The notes: generated by a model not told the origin, from the sequence alone. Shown: positions 23,620 to 36,846, counted from the whole stretch's first letter. The stretch is 61,708 nt of DNA, filler included, from Basidiobolus ranarum (GCA_040143965.1; 21 parts of 21 records of this genome joined end to end with filler, not necessarily neighbours in it), one strand, 5' to 3'. Program-made: numbers and translations.

Positions 23620-23817
23620 TGGGACAGGAGTGTCAATCTCATTGTGCTCCCAGATATTCAATCTAACTGAAGCACCAACAATCACTGAGCGGAACTTGTC
23701 ATTATAGGCATCTCCGTAGTTGAAGCGGACGGTTTGACCTTTTTCGTAGGTTTCAGTCTTGCTGCCTTGCATGTTCAACTCATAAGCGAACTTGACTTTG
23801 TTGGATTCTACGGACAT
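23620..23817 (-). CDS. cadA: DdCAD-1-like Ca2+-binding beta/gamma-crystallin-domain protein, N-terminal 66 aa
   Basis: [10 protein letters not shown]...[43 protein letters not shown] closely matches the Dictyostelium DdCAD-1 N-terminus as I recall it; 5'-UTR intron 23894-23834 (GTAAG..CTAAT..CAG); TATAAA at 23947-23942. Confidence 0.85.
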
Positions 23818-25426
23818 GATGCGGTAATTAGAGCTGAATATGAAGAACAATTAGTAAAGAATACAAGTTTTAGTATAAGAGAGAATATTCTTACCTAACA
23901 GTAATTCTTGTTCTTTCAAATTGTTGTTGAATCCTCTTAGATTTATACCTTCGTCGTAGAGCTTGGAAATCCGCATTTGCTTATTGACTCAATGTATATT
24001 TGGCGATCTTGCCATATATATAACGAAACATACCGGTTTTGTGCTTTGCTTGAGGGTACGAGAAACCACTACTAGCTTGGTTTGAGCCATCGACGGCGTA
24101 AAGAAATACGAGCATGTTTTCTATTGAACATACCGATAATGGTAAATTTCGCGGTGGCTTAGAATACAACTGGTTAGTACGGATCAGAATACTATGCCTA
24201 ATTGAACTAATACTAATCGTTAGTTAGTAGTACGCCTACAGATACGAAATATATAGCTATCTTTTATAGTCAAAGGCTTAATTGTCTCAAACGCTTTATG
24301 GAATCTGCATGAATTTTCCCCTTTCAGAGATACTCAAAAAAATGTCAATTGGAGTGAACATCGAATTCAATATATTACTGAGACGGGTTCATCATACATA
24401 TATCACTAATTTTTGAGCATTGAAACCTGTTCCGTGTCTATCCAGTGTTATTACTTCTCAGTTACAAGGATCTTGAGCTTGGCGTATCATGTTTAAAGGT
24501 GGCTTAGTAGTCGGGCCTAAACTATCTGGTTTTCGTAGGTAGTTTCTGATAAATGTAGTACATAAATAGTTTGTCTACTATAAGATTTACCTTGTCAGGT
24601 TATAAATATCTGAATTATTCTGAAAGTCTCCATCATAGTTTAAGTGGATGAAAAACCTGATGTCATTGGATAGGTAATTTGCCACAAATGCATTTTAACG
24701 CGTGCTGTGGCTACCAAGAAATACAGACCACAACTATACCATTTTTCTGAGGTTGCACTATATATGATGAATTTGACTTACGCTAAGTACATAATGACCT
24801 TTAGGAGGGATAAATGTGTATAAGTATGTATCTACATACTATTACCCAAGTACTGGTGCTCTATGCAACTGGAGTTAAGTCGACAGAAATGTATCCCTTG
24901 GATGCAACTAGCTCTCTCACAATGGAACTTATACGACTGCTTCAAGGATTGGCCAAAGTCGGTCATACTGCTTTGCCAATATTAAAGTCAAAGTATAATA
25001 TGGCACTGTTCCATACCCTAGTATACAAATGAAATAATAACTGAGATCTAATATAGCTGATCTCTATTGTTCAATTAAATAAATGTAACTGCAATAAATT
25101 CGAAAAATACCCTATTAGTTTCTTAACATCAGTAGTAGCTAAACACCATCTACTAATGGTTTATAAATGCATATATCTTTACTAGCTCTAATCAGTAGAA
25201 TGATATTAATCAGACACGCATACAGAAGCTATGTCAACTATAGTAGATCTTGTAAGTCATCGGGAATTAGATCTGATAATAACTAACTCCGTATTTCATG
25301 AGCATGTAGTTGCATTTCAAGAGAGCTATATAACAAGAAAGATATCTAACCAATACTCAACATCAGATACCACGCTCACAATACCACTCACATCATTGAC
25401 TACTTGGATTACAATCAAAGCAACAA

Positions 25427-26466
25427 ATGTATTTTTCTTCCATCAAATTGCTTTTTTCTCTTTCGTCTGCTTCGGTTATCGCTGGAGTCAGCTTTGCTGA
25501 GAGGGATTATTCCCCTTCTCATCACAGTAGTCAGTATGCAGTGAACAAAGAGTGGGATAATAGGGAGCATCCAGGATGGAGGAGTGAGAAAGACGAATAT
25601 GCTAATCTACAGGAAAATAATGATTATAGACGCCATAATGACTATAATCATGACGATGACCAAGACTACGATATTAATCATGATGACTACGAACGTGGTG
25701 GCAATAGATACGAAGATCGTCATGGTAGATACAGAATGGATTCTCGTCATGCTGAGGAGTATTGGGATTATGATAGTGAGGTCAGTAGAAAAGGTAGAAA
25801 CCGTTACTTTGATGATAATGACCCATCTGGAGAGGATATTAATGGAGGGAACGGGTCATCAAACTCTGGCTCACCAGCTGAAGATGGCGATACACCAACC
25901 AGTCAAGAGAATGCTGATCCAGCGTCTGGGAACGGCTCTGGTGAAACGACAGGAAGTAAGGAGGCCACGAAACCAGAAAACTCACCAACTGGAGATGGGA
26001 CAAATATTCATCAGGATGATGACTGCCATAGAAATCTTGTCGATGGGCGTCTAAACGTACTCGACATCAAAGCTAAAGTTTGCCTTGGCTTAGATTTGGC
26101 TGGTAATATTCTCAATAATGACCGAGATACATCCTCTCTGGGAGCTCCCAGTGGCCTCACCGAAGGATTGCCAGGTGGTGTTCCTTCAGGTAAATCCAAT
26201 GGCTTACCTGGAAATTCAGCAGGTGATTCTATCCCCAATGGTTCTAACATTCCTAAATCGCCTGGGGCACCTGCTGGAGATACCGACAGTTTACCAAGTG
26301 GTACACCTGGAGCTTCTAGTTCCCTGGATAACCTCGATAGCCCACTCAATGAAAGTGGAAAATTCTCTGACTTAGATTTTGGCCGTTGCGAACATATTGC
26401 TATCAAGGTTCGTCGATTGTTGGGAATCAATGTTAACGCGGTTGTGTGCCTTGACAGGCTCATTAG
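25427..26466 (+). CDS. Secreted low-complexity protein with two Cys-bracketed hydrophobic motifs (3' partial)
   Basis: Signal peptide MYFSSIKLLFSLSSASVIA; D/Y/R/H-rich block; G/S/P linkers; motifs CHRNLVDGRLNVLDIKAKVCLGL and CEHIAIKVRRLLGINVNAVVCLD; over 340 open codons. Confidence 0.85.
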
Positions 26467-26761
26467 NNNNNNNNNNNNNNNNNNNNNNNNNNNNNNNNNN
26501 NNNNNNNNNNTTAATTAATTAANNNNNNNNNNNNNNNNNNNNNNNNNNNNNNNNNNNNNNNNNNNNACCTAGACACCATTATTTAACTGTAGATCTAATT
26601 GTGGAATACTCTGGCACTCCTGAAGCATAAAGATTTATCTAGCATATCCAATAGTTGTAATTCAAACTAAACTATAAATAGGACACATTCAATTCAACCA
26701 AGCTTAAGTGTCTAACTCAAAAATCCAAATCTTGTCCAAACACTTCCGAGTCACCTAGACA

Positions 26762-28085
26762 CCATTATTTAACTGTAGATCTAATTGTGGAATACTCTGG
26801 CACTCCTGAAGCATAAAGATTTAAAAGCTACAGCAATGCAGACTGAGGGTGAAATCTTGATGATACAATAGCAACAACTAGGTACACTTTTCTCTATGGT
26901 AATGGAGCCAGCACTTGGAATAGTATGAAGCCACCAACAATATCTCAAACTCCTACAGAAATAGGTAGCACAGTATATTTCCTAGTACCAGCTCAAAAAT
27001 ACTCTGAATTTTGAGCCCACAAGCAGAAAGTGCATTTTGTTTTCACTAATGTGTTAAATCAAAGGTCTATAGACTGTTTGATACCAAAATCAAAAGTTAA
27101 TCAAGTGAAGAGATAAAATTTATGATGAAAAAGCATATCTGTCACCTCAGATCCCAGTTTTTGATGCCAACAATGCAATCAGCTCTATTCTGGAAGTGTT
27201 TGCCAAAATTGCAGCTTCATCTGAGCCTAATGCAGACAAAATTACAGCCCTGATTATAGCAGAGAAGATTCCGGGCCTAGGTTATAATTCAGAATGAGGA
27301 ATTAACCAATGAGTTGGTGGAACACTTTCAATTATATTGTCCAAGCTTATGCAGTATTCTGTGACAAGCCACATACTCTTGATCATGCTCTGGAGTATCT
27401 CAAATCACAATTGAGGGAAAAAGTAATATTTAATGAGTTTTCATCACTTCAGGACCATAAAGAAGGGTTTTTAGTCCTCTACTATCAAGGAGAATGCCAA
27501 CAGGTTGCAAATAGGTCTATAATGTCAAAGATTGTGCTGATGGAACAATAGGAAGGATAAAGCAGGATTAGTTTGAAAAGGTTGTTCCCAGAGTCAAGAT
27601 GTTGATTTAATGTAATGTTGGGATGCAATAACCTAGTTTAGCTCCATTACATCAATCATGGCACTAAAAGCTATCCATTACTCTCATTTGCATTAAAAGA
27701 TGTGATAACAGCCTTTGCGGATGTAAATTGAGAGGAAGAGATCTGTATGAGGCAACCAATGGGATTTTTTAATCCATAACACCCTGATATAGTCTTAAAC
27801 TGCCAAAATGGATATACAAACTCTAGCAAGCTCCCAAGGAATTGTACAAGAAGATAGATATCTACTGGAAACATTAGAATGCTAAGAATGTACAGCCAAT
27901 CAAAGTACTGATATTAGATGATTAGAAATTGGATCATATATCTTGGCACTCTATGTGGATGACTCAGCCATAGCTACAAATGATATAGATGAACCTAATT
28001 AGACAAAGAGCAGCCTATTGAACCCAGAACAGATGACTGATATGGGTAAATTAAGTTATTTCCTAGGAATACAAATTAAGTGAGC
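26762..28085 (+). mobile_element. Degenerate copia integrase C-terminus and RT
   Basis: SWWNT..YA..DKPHTL, LALYVDD and MTDMGKLSYFLGIQI remnants. Confidence 0.8.
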
Positions 28086-28124
28086 ACTTTCCACTACAGA
28101 AGCAAAGTACATGGCTACCTCACT

Positions 28125-28324
28125 TTTCCATTTTCACCATTTTCTCAAAACCTCACCAAAACATCTCTAATTTTCATCCATACTTTAATGGCCTGTTTAT
28201 TATGATCAGAATATCCAATATTCCTATTCCTCAGTAAGCAATTAATAGGACCTATTCAGTTCTATATAACTTGTCTAATTCACAAATGAAACCTTGTCCA
28301 AACCATTTCCAACTCCCCTAAGCA
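28125..28324 (+). repeat. Copia LTR family A, partial
   Basis: Reverse complement of part of 31455-31797; further fragments at about 9570-9712, 26640-26761, 32735-32930 and 35233-35295. Confidence 0.7.
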
Positions 28325-28379
28325 CATTTGACAGTGAGTTAGATTTCACAATGCAACCAAGAACACCCATTGAAATAGT

Positions 28380-29411
28380 ACAAAATCTTTACACAGTTGC
28401 TGTGTGTGCCTGAGCTCTGCCAATGTCAGTGGATGCTGCAAAAATATATTAACAATATCCACAAACAGCTCCAAGTGTTGCCAATACCTAGGAGGCAACA
28501 TTCTTTTCAAGATTCCATTTGAACATATACAAATCTAACACTTCCAGTCTTTGCTCTTGAAAAAGTGCCTAGATGAGTGGATATTGATGGGAGTCCTGGT
28601 AAAATTTGATGGTATCTTGATGCTTTCAAGTCATTTCTAAATTGATTCAAACTTTAAACCTATCTCAAATGGCTCAGGCTTATTGAATTTTTCACTATGT
28701 GGCAGAAAAAGTAGTATTGGAATGCTGATGAATCACAAGTTCATAGTGTCCAATGGGAAGCTCTGGCTCCAGCTGACCCCTTTAGCAATATAATCTTATG
28801 CCTATGGCTTAGCTAAAGATTGATGTTGCACTGCCTATGTAGTGAATTAATATCAGTGAGCATGTTGAAATCTGACCAAGCTCTTGATGGTTGAATCATG
28901 AAGATAGTGTTGCACTTACATAGTAGTAATGCATATGCATGGTAGAGTAAACTCCAGTGATTTGATGGAACCTATAGCCAGATAGCACATTGTGCCACTA
29001 AAGCCTTCAAGTTTACTGATGGCAGGTGTGTCATCAATACATTAAATGATGTTGGCTTTGAAGAAATATTTACCCATCTGAACCCCATTAAAAACCATTC
29101 AGATTCCAAAAATCAAAGGCTCCAAGGAGCTATCTATAAGCAATGGTGATTTAGGTTCTGATATGATAGATATATCAAAATATCAAGACTATCAATCAGA
29201 GAGAGGAAGATAAAACTTAATTAAAATTATTGGCCAGCAAGCCTGTCTAATTGTATATTTGCTTAGTGAGAAATCATACAGAGCCAATGCAAATGCATGA
29301 TCATATGTGTTGTTAAAGAAATCTTAACTTTTCAGATTCTGATAGTGATATCTATCCAGTATATTGGTAATACCACCAGCTTTATGGTGAGTACTTTGGT
29401 ATTGGACCAAT
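28380..29411 (-). mobile_element. Degenerate Transposase_21 gene
   Basis: Reverse strand ACWPIILI, EPKSP, DDTPAISKLEGFSGT remnants. Confidence 0.8.
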
Positions 29412-29511
29412 NNNNNNNNNNNNNNNNNNNNNNNNNNNNNNNNNNNNNNNNNNNNTTAATTAATTAANNNNNNNNNNNNNNNNNNNNNNNNNNNNNNNNN
29501 NNNNNNNNNNN

Positions 29512-31454
29512 TCAGATCGCAAATTCAGAAGGATCAACTGAGCTTATTTTACCACTTTTTGCCATGTTTGCATGCTCAGAATGCAATTTGTTGATTTCTA
29601 GCTTGCACAAGATTTGAGGTTTGATCCAGGTAACTAATTTGGTATTATTGTGATCTGTGACAGTGCATCCAGCCTTGCTGAATATGAAATTTAGTCCCAT
29701 AGTGGTTGCTTGGTTTAATGAGAGTAGATTGCTGGCTATACTTGGTATATAGAGTAAATCATCCAATTTTGCAGATGGTATAGCTGAACAATGGTCAAAA
29801 TTGAGCACAACTATGCCCTTACCAACTGCATCTAGTGCATAGTCAGCACCTAAGTATACTTTCCTTGTTTGGATGGGATTTAGAGCTGCAAAACCAAACT
29901 TTCTTGGTTGACATATGCTGCCAAGCTCCCAAATCAATGTACCATGTTTCAGAGTCTTATTTAGTGTTTACTGATAGGGCAGATCTAAATAGATGATCCC
30001 TATCAGTGCTTACTTGATTTGCTTGTTCTTATTTTTACTTTTTGGCAAAAATCCTTTTTCTGCAACCTTTGATAATATGGCCTGGTTTTTTGCATCACTT
30101 GCAGATGATTGATTTCCTATTAGAAGCAACATTGTTGAAGCATGTTGGATATTTTACAGCTCCAAAAAATGCCTGTTCTGAAGTATTTTTGCTGAGAATT
30201 AGATCTCCTTAGTTCCTCATTCAAATGCTTAGCACCAACTTATTCCATTGTTGATGGCTCTGATCTTGGTTTTAGGGCAATTATAAGGTTCCCAAACTCT
30301 TGTGGCAGGGTCCCAAGTGGTGTCATGAATAAGTAATCTTCATTCAGAGATGTTCCAATAGATGAAAGCTGACCTGCCATAGTTTTTATCTGATTTACTT
30401 GCTCAAGCATAGATTCATCAGATATCATCTAAATTGAGAGTAATATTTGCCTACAATATAGCCAATTAGCCATACTTCTAGTCTCATATAGTCCCCTAAG
30501 TGTTTCCCAAGTATTTTGAACATTTTAGGCTGATTGTAGGTGACATATTTGAGAGCCTCTGAGAAGGAGACAAAGCGTTGAGAGTGCTTTCCTCAGCTTC
30601 TTGTGAAAGGCGAGGATAGCTTTGGGTGGTCCCTGTGTCTCTATTTCTTTGATTATGCAACCTTCACACAGTTCTAATTTACTGATATTTTTAATTTCTA
30701 AGTCTGAAACAAGCTGATTTTGGATCATTTGGGTACATTTTTGCTCCCCAATGTGGTCAACTCTTTGATGCTGCAGTTGACAGCTTATTTCACTACTTAT
30801 GGCCAAGTTTTCATGATCAGAATACAATTTGTTGATATCTAGCTGGTATCACTTTTGAGGTTTGATCCTGGTAACTTATTTGGTTTTATTCAGATCTGTG
30901 ATAGCGCATCTAGCCTTGCTGAACATGAAATTTAGTCCTTGAGTTGTTGATTGGCTTACTGAGAGTATATTCTGGGCTATATTTGAAGCATAGAGTATAT
31001 CATCCAATTTTGTAGATGGTCAAGCTGAATCTTCATCTGAGTTAAGCACAAATATGGCCTGGTTTCTTGCAATACTTGCTGATGATTGATTTCCTATCAG
31101 GGGTGCCATTGTTGAAGCGTGTTGAATGTTTTGAAGCTCCAAAAAATGCCTGTTCTGCATTATGTTGCTGAGAAATAGATCTCCTCGCATCAACATATTC
31201 CATTGTCAATGGCTCTGATCTTGATTTACAGGTAATCACAAGGTTTTTAAACTTATTTGGCAGGCTCACAAGTAGTATCATGACTAAGTCATCTTCATTA
31301 AGAAGTATTCTAATGGATGAGAGCTGATCTGCCTTAGTTTTTATCTTATTTTTATGATTAAGCATAGAATCATCAGAATTCATCTAAATTGAGAATAGTT
31401 TTTTCCTAAGATATAGCCTATCAGCTAGACTTTTAGTCTCATATATTATGAATG
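29512..31454 (-). mobile_element. Nested degenerate copia gag/protease fragments
   Basis: KVYLGADYALDAVGKG, QIKTMAGQLSSIG, zinc knuckle CKKPGHI; at least two interleaved copies. Confidence 0.85.
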
Positions 31455-31797
31455 TGTTCAGGGGATTTGGAAGTGTTTTGAACAACATTTGGATTTGTTG
31501 ATTTGACACTTAAGTTTTATCGAATCCAATATGTCCTATTTATAGTTTACCATGAAATAGGACTATTCAGCATACTTGGAGCATAACCAACATGCCTGTT
31601 AAGCATGGGTGAAAAAGTTGGGTGGTTTGGAGAAGTTTTCAGAAAATAGTGAAAATTGGTAAAAGTGATCTAATTGATATTTCTATCAATTAGAGCTATA
31701 AACACACATTTTTCTATGATAGAATTGAGTGCTAAATAATCACAATGTGAATAAACTTACCACCAAATAATGAGTTGCTATTTACCTAATTTCAACA
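31455..31797 (-). repeat. Complete copia 3' LTR (family A, 343 bp) with PPT
   Basis: On the minus strand, PPT GTTGAGAGGGAA precedes TGTTGAAATTAGG...CCTGAACA; RNase H lies upstream. Confidence 0.88.
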
Positions 31798-31809
31798 TTC
31801 CCTCTCAAC

Positions 31810-32354
31810 AAAATATTTTGTGTTTCTCCTAAACAAACTGCTATCTTAATAATTCAAATTATACTTTAGCTAAAGGTTTAGTTAAGAAGTCAGCAATCAT
31901 CTCTTTCATAGGGTGATAGACAAGTTCAATTATATCATTCTCTGTTGCTTCTCTAACAAAATGATGCCTAATATCTATATGTTTTGTTCTAGCATATATG
32001 TTGGCTTTTAAGCTAATGAAATACAACTATGATTATCTTCAAATACATTAATAGCATGTTTTTGCTTGTATCCCAAGTCTGTAAATAACTTCCTTTATCA
32101 CATAGCTTCTTGTGTAGTAGCAGAGGCAGCCATATACTCTGCTTCTGTGATGGAAAGAACTATGGTTGGTTGCTTCTTACTATTCCAAGTTATGGCAAAC
32201 CTGAATTCTTGAGATATTGGCCAACAGTTCCCACTGCCATGGCAATGTTTGGACATGTTCCAACTGTTGTATATATCACAATACCCACCGTAGATTGCTC
32301 AGGGAATTCCTGGCTTTGATTTGATTCATTTTGGGCCTAATTGGATGATATTTT
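31810..32354 (-). mobile_element. Copia RT/RNase H end
   Basis: Reverse strand WNSKKQP, ITEAEYMA, FEDNHSCI, RTKHIDIRHHFVRE, MIADFLTKPL. Confidence 0.9.
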
Positions 32355-32939
32355 NNNNNNNNNNNNNNNNNNNNNNNNNNNNNNNNNNNNNNNNNNNNTT
32401 AATTAATTAANNNNNNNNNNNNNNNNNNNNNNNNNNNNNNNNNNNNNNNNNNNNTTGGGTACTTGGTTTACAACTTCACTGTCTCCAATATGAATTGGGT
32501 TGCCTACTTCTCTAGCAGATGGAAGCTCTGTAAATTCCTCTTGGAAAACAATATTCTTTTAATACTTCTATTGGTGCAGTTAGGATATCCTTTGACTCCT
32601 TGTCCTGCAATACAGCTAATAGAAACATCCATGATTTTTCTGGACTGCTCTGCTGAACTGGCTTTTATTGGCAGACATATCACTCTTCTGGCTGGTCTAG
32701 ATCAGGTGATACTCCATTTTGGCTTATTTGGTTTATTCATATTCTGATTATTTAGCACTCAATTCTACCATCCAAAAACATGTATTTATTGCTCTAATTG
32801 ATAGAAATATCAATATGATCACTTTTACCAGTTTTCACCATTTTCTCAAATCTTCTCCAAGTCATCCCAAGCTTCACCCATGCTTAACAGACATGTTTGT
32901 TTTGATCTAAGTAAGTCCGATAGTTCTATTCCAACAGGC

Positions 32940-35232
32940 TTCAATAATGGTGCCCCAGATAGTAAATCAATCATCTGCAAGTATTGCAAGAAACCAGGCC
33001 TCTTAATCAAAGATTGCAGAAAAAGGGTTCTTGCTAAAAAGCTAAAATTGGAACAAGCAAATCAAGTAAGCACTGATGGGATCACCTATTTGTGTCTGCC
33101 CTATCAATAACCACCAAAGGAGACCCAGAAACAAGGTACATTGAGTCGGGAGCTTCCCAGCAGATGTCAAAGAACAAAGATTAGTATTTCAGGTTAAAAC
33201 TCATCCAAACAAGAAAAGTCTACTTAGGTGATGACTATGCACTGGATGCAGCTGGTAAGGGCACAGCTGTGCTCAATTTTGACTAAATTCAGCTACACCA
33301 TCTGAAATTGAATGATGTCCTCTATGTTCCAAATATAGTAAAGAATCTACTCTTAGTGAGGCAAGCAACAACTTGAGGACTAAATTATGAGTTTAGCAGC
33401 GTTGGATGCACTATCACAGATCAGATTAATACTAAACAGCTACTGGGATCAAGCTCAAAATTATACAAGTAAGCAATCATGAAATTGCATTCTGAGCATG
33501 CAAACTAGCCAAAACTAGTGTAATAAGTGGTCAAACACTGCATAAAAGATTAGGGCACATTGGGAAACAAAAACAGGCCTAAATGATCCAAAATCAGGTT
33601 GTTTCAGCTTGACAATTGAAAATATCATCAAATTGGATCTGTGTGAAAGTTGCATATATTGAAAACATCACAGACAACCATTTTTGAGCTCTGGGAAGAT
33701 CAAATCCAATCTGAAATTTGCCCTGATTCATTCTGATCTAAGTGGGCCCATCAAAAGCATCTCACTATGTGGCATAATACATCAAGATATTTATTGATGA
33801 CAAAACAGGATATACTTGGATATACTTTCTCAAATCAAAATTTGAAGCTTTAGCTTTGTTCAAGTACTAAAAAGCAATAGTGGAGAAAGAATAAACATAG
33901 AAAATCAGGGTATGAAGGAGTGATAATGGTGGAGAATACTGCTGTAAATACTTAGCAAGTTTATGCTCTAAGCATATATTTAAACAACAAACTGCTGTAC
34001 CTTATACTCCACCACAAAAGGAATTTGCAACATATGCTAATAGGACCACAGTGGAGATGGCAAGATCAATGTTACATGATCAATAGTTAGATCACCAATA
34101 TTGTGCTGATATTGTCTCCACTGCAGTCTGTATAAGAATGGATACCCAACAATATGCCTACAAAGCAATATTCTACTTGAAGTCCTGTATGAATTAAAAC
34201 CAAGTATGTATCATCTCAGTTTCTTTGTTTACATAGCACATTGCCTATTTCCAGCTCAAAAATACCCTAAATTGGAATTTAAAAGGAGAAAATGCATATT
34301 TTGTGGTTACTTTGATGGATATTAAGCCTAAAAACTCTTTGATTACAAAAGTCAGAAGTTAATTAAGTGCAGAGATGTGATTGCTGATGAAAAAGCAATT
34401 TTTTCACCTGATGTCACAATTCCTGATCCCGATGACATAATCTGCAATATTCAAGAAGTGTCTGACATAATTTGGGCTCATATCAACCAAAATTCCATGC
34501 CCAATTACAGCAGAGGATGATTTAGGACCTAGGAGATCACGCAGCAGGAGGAATAAGCCAGGAACCTGGTGGAACACTTCCAATGATGATGTTGTTGCTT
34601 ATGCAGCACACAGTGACAAGCCACAGACTCTAGATCAAGCTCTGCAGTGTCCAGAATCAAAATATGTAAAAAGAAATGTTTGATCAGTTCTCTTCATTTC
34701 AGGAAATAAAACATGGTTTTTAAGTCCTCTACCATCAGGAAGAAAGCCAATAGGTTTCAAATGGGTCCATAAAGTTAAACCCATGCTGAAACAACCATAG
34801 GGAAGTACAAAGCAAGATTAGTTACACAAGGTAAATCCTAGACTCCAGAAGTTGACTTAAATGAAGCTTTTGCTCCAGTGGCTACATTTAGCTCAATTAT
34901 AATAATCCTAGCACTCACAGCCATCCATCACATTGAGTTACATCAAATGGCCATAAAAACAGCCTTTCAGAATGGATTTCTAAAAGAAGAGATCTCTATG
35001 GACCAACCAGATGAATTTGTTGACCCAAAACACACTGATAAGTTCTGTAAACTGCAGAAGTTGCTATATGGACTCAAGCAAGCACCCAGGGCATGGTACA
35101 ACAGTGTAGATACCTATTTCAAATCACTGGAGTTCCAAAGATACACCACTTATCACAGCATTTACTTCAAAACAGCCAGATATATGATCCTTATCTTGGC
35201 ACTATATGTTGACAACTTGATCATGATGAAAG
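32940..35232 (+). mobile_element. Degenerate copia gag zinc knuckle, protease, integrase, RT
   Basis: CKYCKKPG, YLGDDY, HSDLSGP, SDNGGEY, YKARLV, LYGLKQAPRAWY, LALYVDN. Confidence 0.92.
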
Positions 35233-35449
35233 TGTTTTGGGGACTTGGAGGTGTTTTGGACAAAATTTGGATTTGTGAATTAGACACTGAAGTGTNNNNN
35301 NNNNNNNNNNNNNNNNNNNNNNNNNNNNNNNNNNNNNNNTTAATTAATTAANNNNNNNNNNNNNNNNNNNNNNNNNNNNNNNNNNNNNNNNNNNNTGGTT
35401 TGCTATTTTGGAGGGTGGATCCAATCTGGATCAAATTGATTTTATTTTT

Positions 35450-36432
35450 GTTAGGACAATACATACAATGATATTACCTTTAATAAAATATTCACCCATC
35501 TGAACCTCATTATATAACCATTCAAATTCCACATTCAAAGGCTCTAAGAAGCAATCTATAAGCACTGGTGTTTTAGGTCCAGATATAATGGATAGTATCA
35601 AAATATTATGACTCTTATACAATCACAAGGAGGACAATTTAAGTTGATTAAAATTATTGGCCAGCAAGCCTTTCCAATGGTATATTTGTTTAGCAAGAAA
35701 CCATCCAAAGCCAATGCAAATGCTTGATCATACATGTTCTTAAAGAAACCTTGACTTTTCAGATTCTGGTAGTGATATCCATCCAGTATATTGGTAATAA
35801 CATCAGCTTTATAGTGAGTACTTTGGTATTGTATCATTGATCTATATTTGGGTGATTTCATCAAAACTTTAAGATGAGGAATCAATAATATGTAAGCCAA
35901 ACATGAACAATATTTACCTGATTCAGTGATTGCCAATTGTGTGCAAATAGTACATGACTTCAGGTTTTTCAGATCACTGGTGAATGCCAAACAACCATTT
36001 GGACATGAAGGTAGTTTAATGGACTTGTTCTCTGTGATAGTGTCAGATTGTGCTGTATATATCATATTGGATAAAGTATTCTAAAATTTATGCGGCACAA
36101 TTTGGCACTATCCATCACCCTCTGGCATGATCAATTTCAATCACATTTACTCTAATATATTGATCCAAGGTCCGATAAATCTTGGCACAATGGAACAAGT
36201 CCAATTACTGAAGAATTATAAGTCAAACAATTGACAGGTGTTTTCCACTTGTACCAGGTCTGTGGCAAGCAACAGTTGCCAATCAACTGTGGTAAAAGTG
36301 TAAGAAAGCCAATAAACACCAGGTTGCTAAGACTGGATTGAACTCTCCACTCCTCAATAATCAAAGCTGCTTCCTTTACAGTAAGTGTTATGAGTGGACT
36401 AATGTTTGCGAATAACAAAGAGTCTGTAACAA
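35450..36432 (-). mobile_element. Degenerate Transposase_21 gene, interrupted by a MITE and cut by a copia LTR
   Basis: CPNGCLAF, ILDGYHY, LALDGF, CWPIILINLN, ISGPKTP, FLEPL. Confidence 0.88.
36021..36202. mobile_element. Complete 182-bp MITE, TIR GGACTTGTTC/GAACAAGTCC, TSD AAT
   Basis: Removing it plus one AAT restores GTAGTTTAATTACTG, matching the uninterrupted transposase copy at ~51598-51612. Confidence 0.88.
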
Positions 36433-36814
36433 TATTGAAGTTTATTGTCTTTAACATATTTGTTATCTCTATCTTTATACACCTGACTATTTCATATATC
36501 AAATATAAGTTAGTTAACATTACTTAGTCAAATATCACTTAACTGAAAATTGGAACATATATTATATATATATATATGTGAATAATGTGAGAATTAGCAA
36601 TTCCATATTGGAAATTTCAAACTTGTCCAAATTGCCCCAAAAATAGCTCATTTTACTCCCACAGATGTTCTGAACACAACCTCAGTGTTAGTTTTCTGTA
36701 TTTCCACCAAAATGTATAAATGCTTTATTTCTGGACAATCAATAACTATCTCACAAAGCTATTCACAACTCTTCTTTTCCAAAGTTTCTCCAAACAACCC
36801 ATATTTTCCCAATA
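36433..36814 (+). repeat. Copia 5' LTR (family B)
   Basis: TATTG...CAATA (decayed TGTTG...CAACA), followed by PBS and gag. Confidence 0.8.
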
Positions 36815-36825
36815 GGTTATGAGCC
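36815..36825 (+). promoter_or_regulatory. Primer-binding site GGTTATGAGCC (half-tRNAiMet type)
   Basis: Directly after the LTR; same type as the Drosophila copia PBS GGTTATGGGCC. Confidence 0.8.
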
Positions 36826-36846
36826 GCATGTTCTGACCTTTACAGC

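Noticed and set aside
26567-26823. Exact ~70-bp direct repeat (26567-26637 and 26753-26823)
   Set aside because: At a contig edge within TE debris; a local tandem duplication or assembly artefact.
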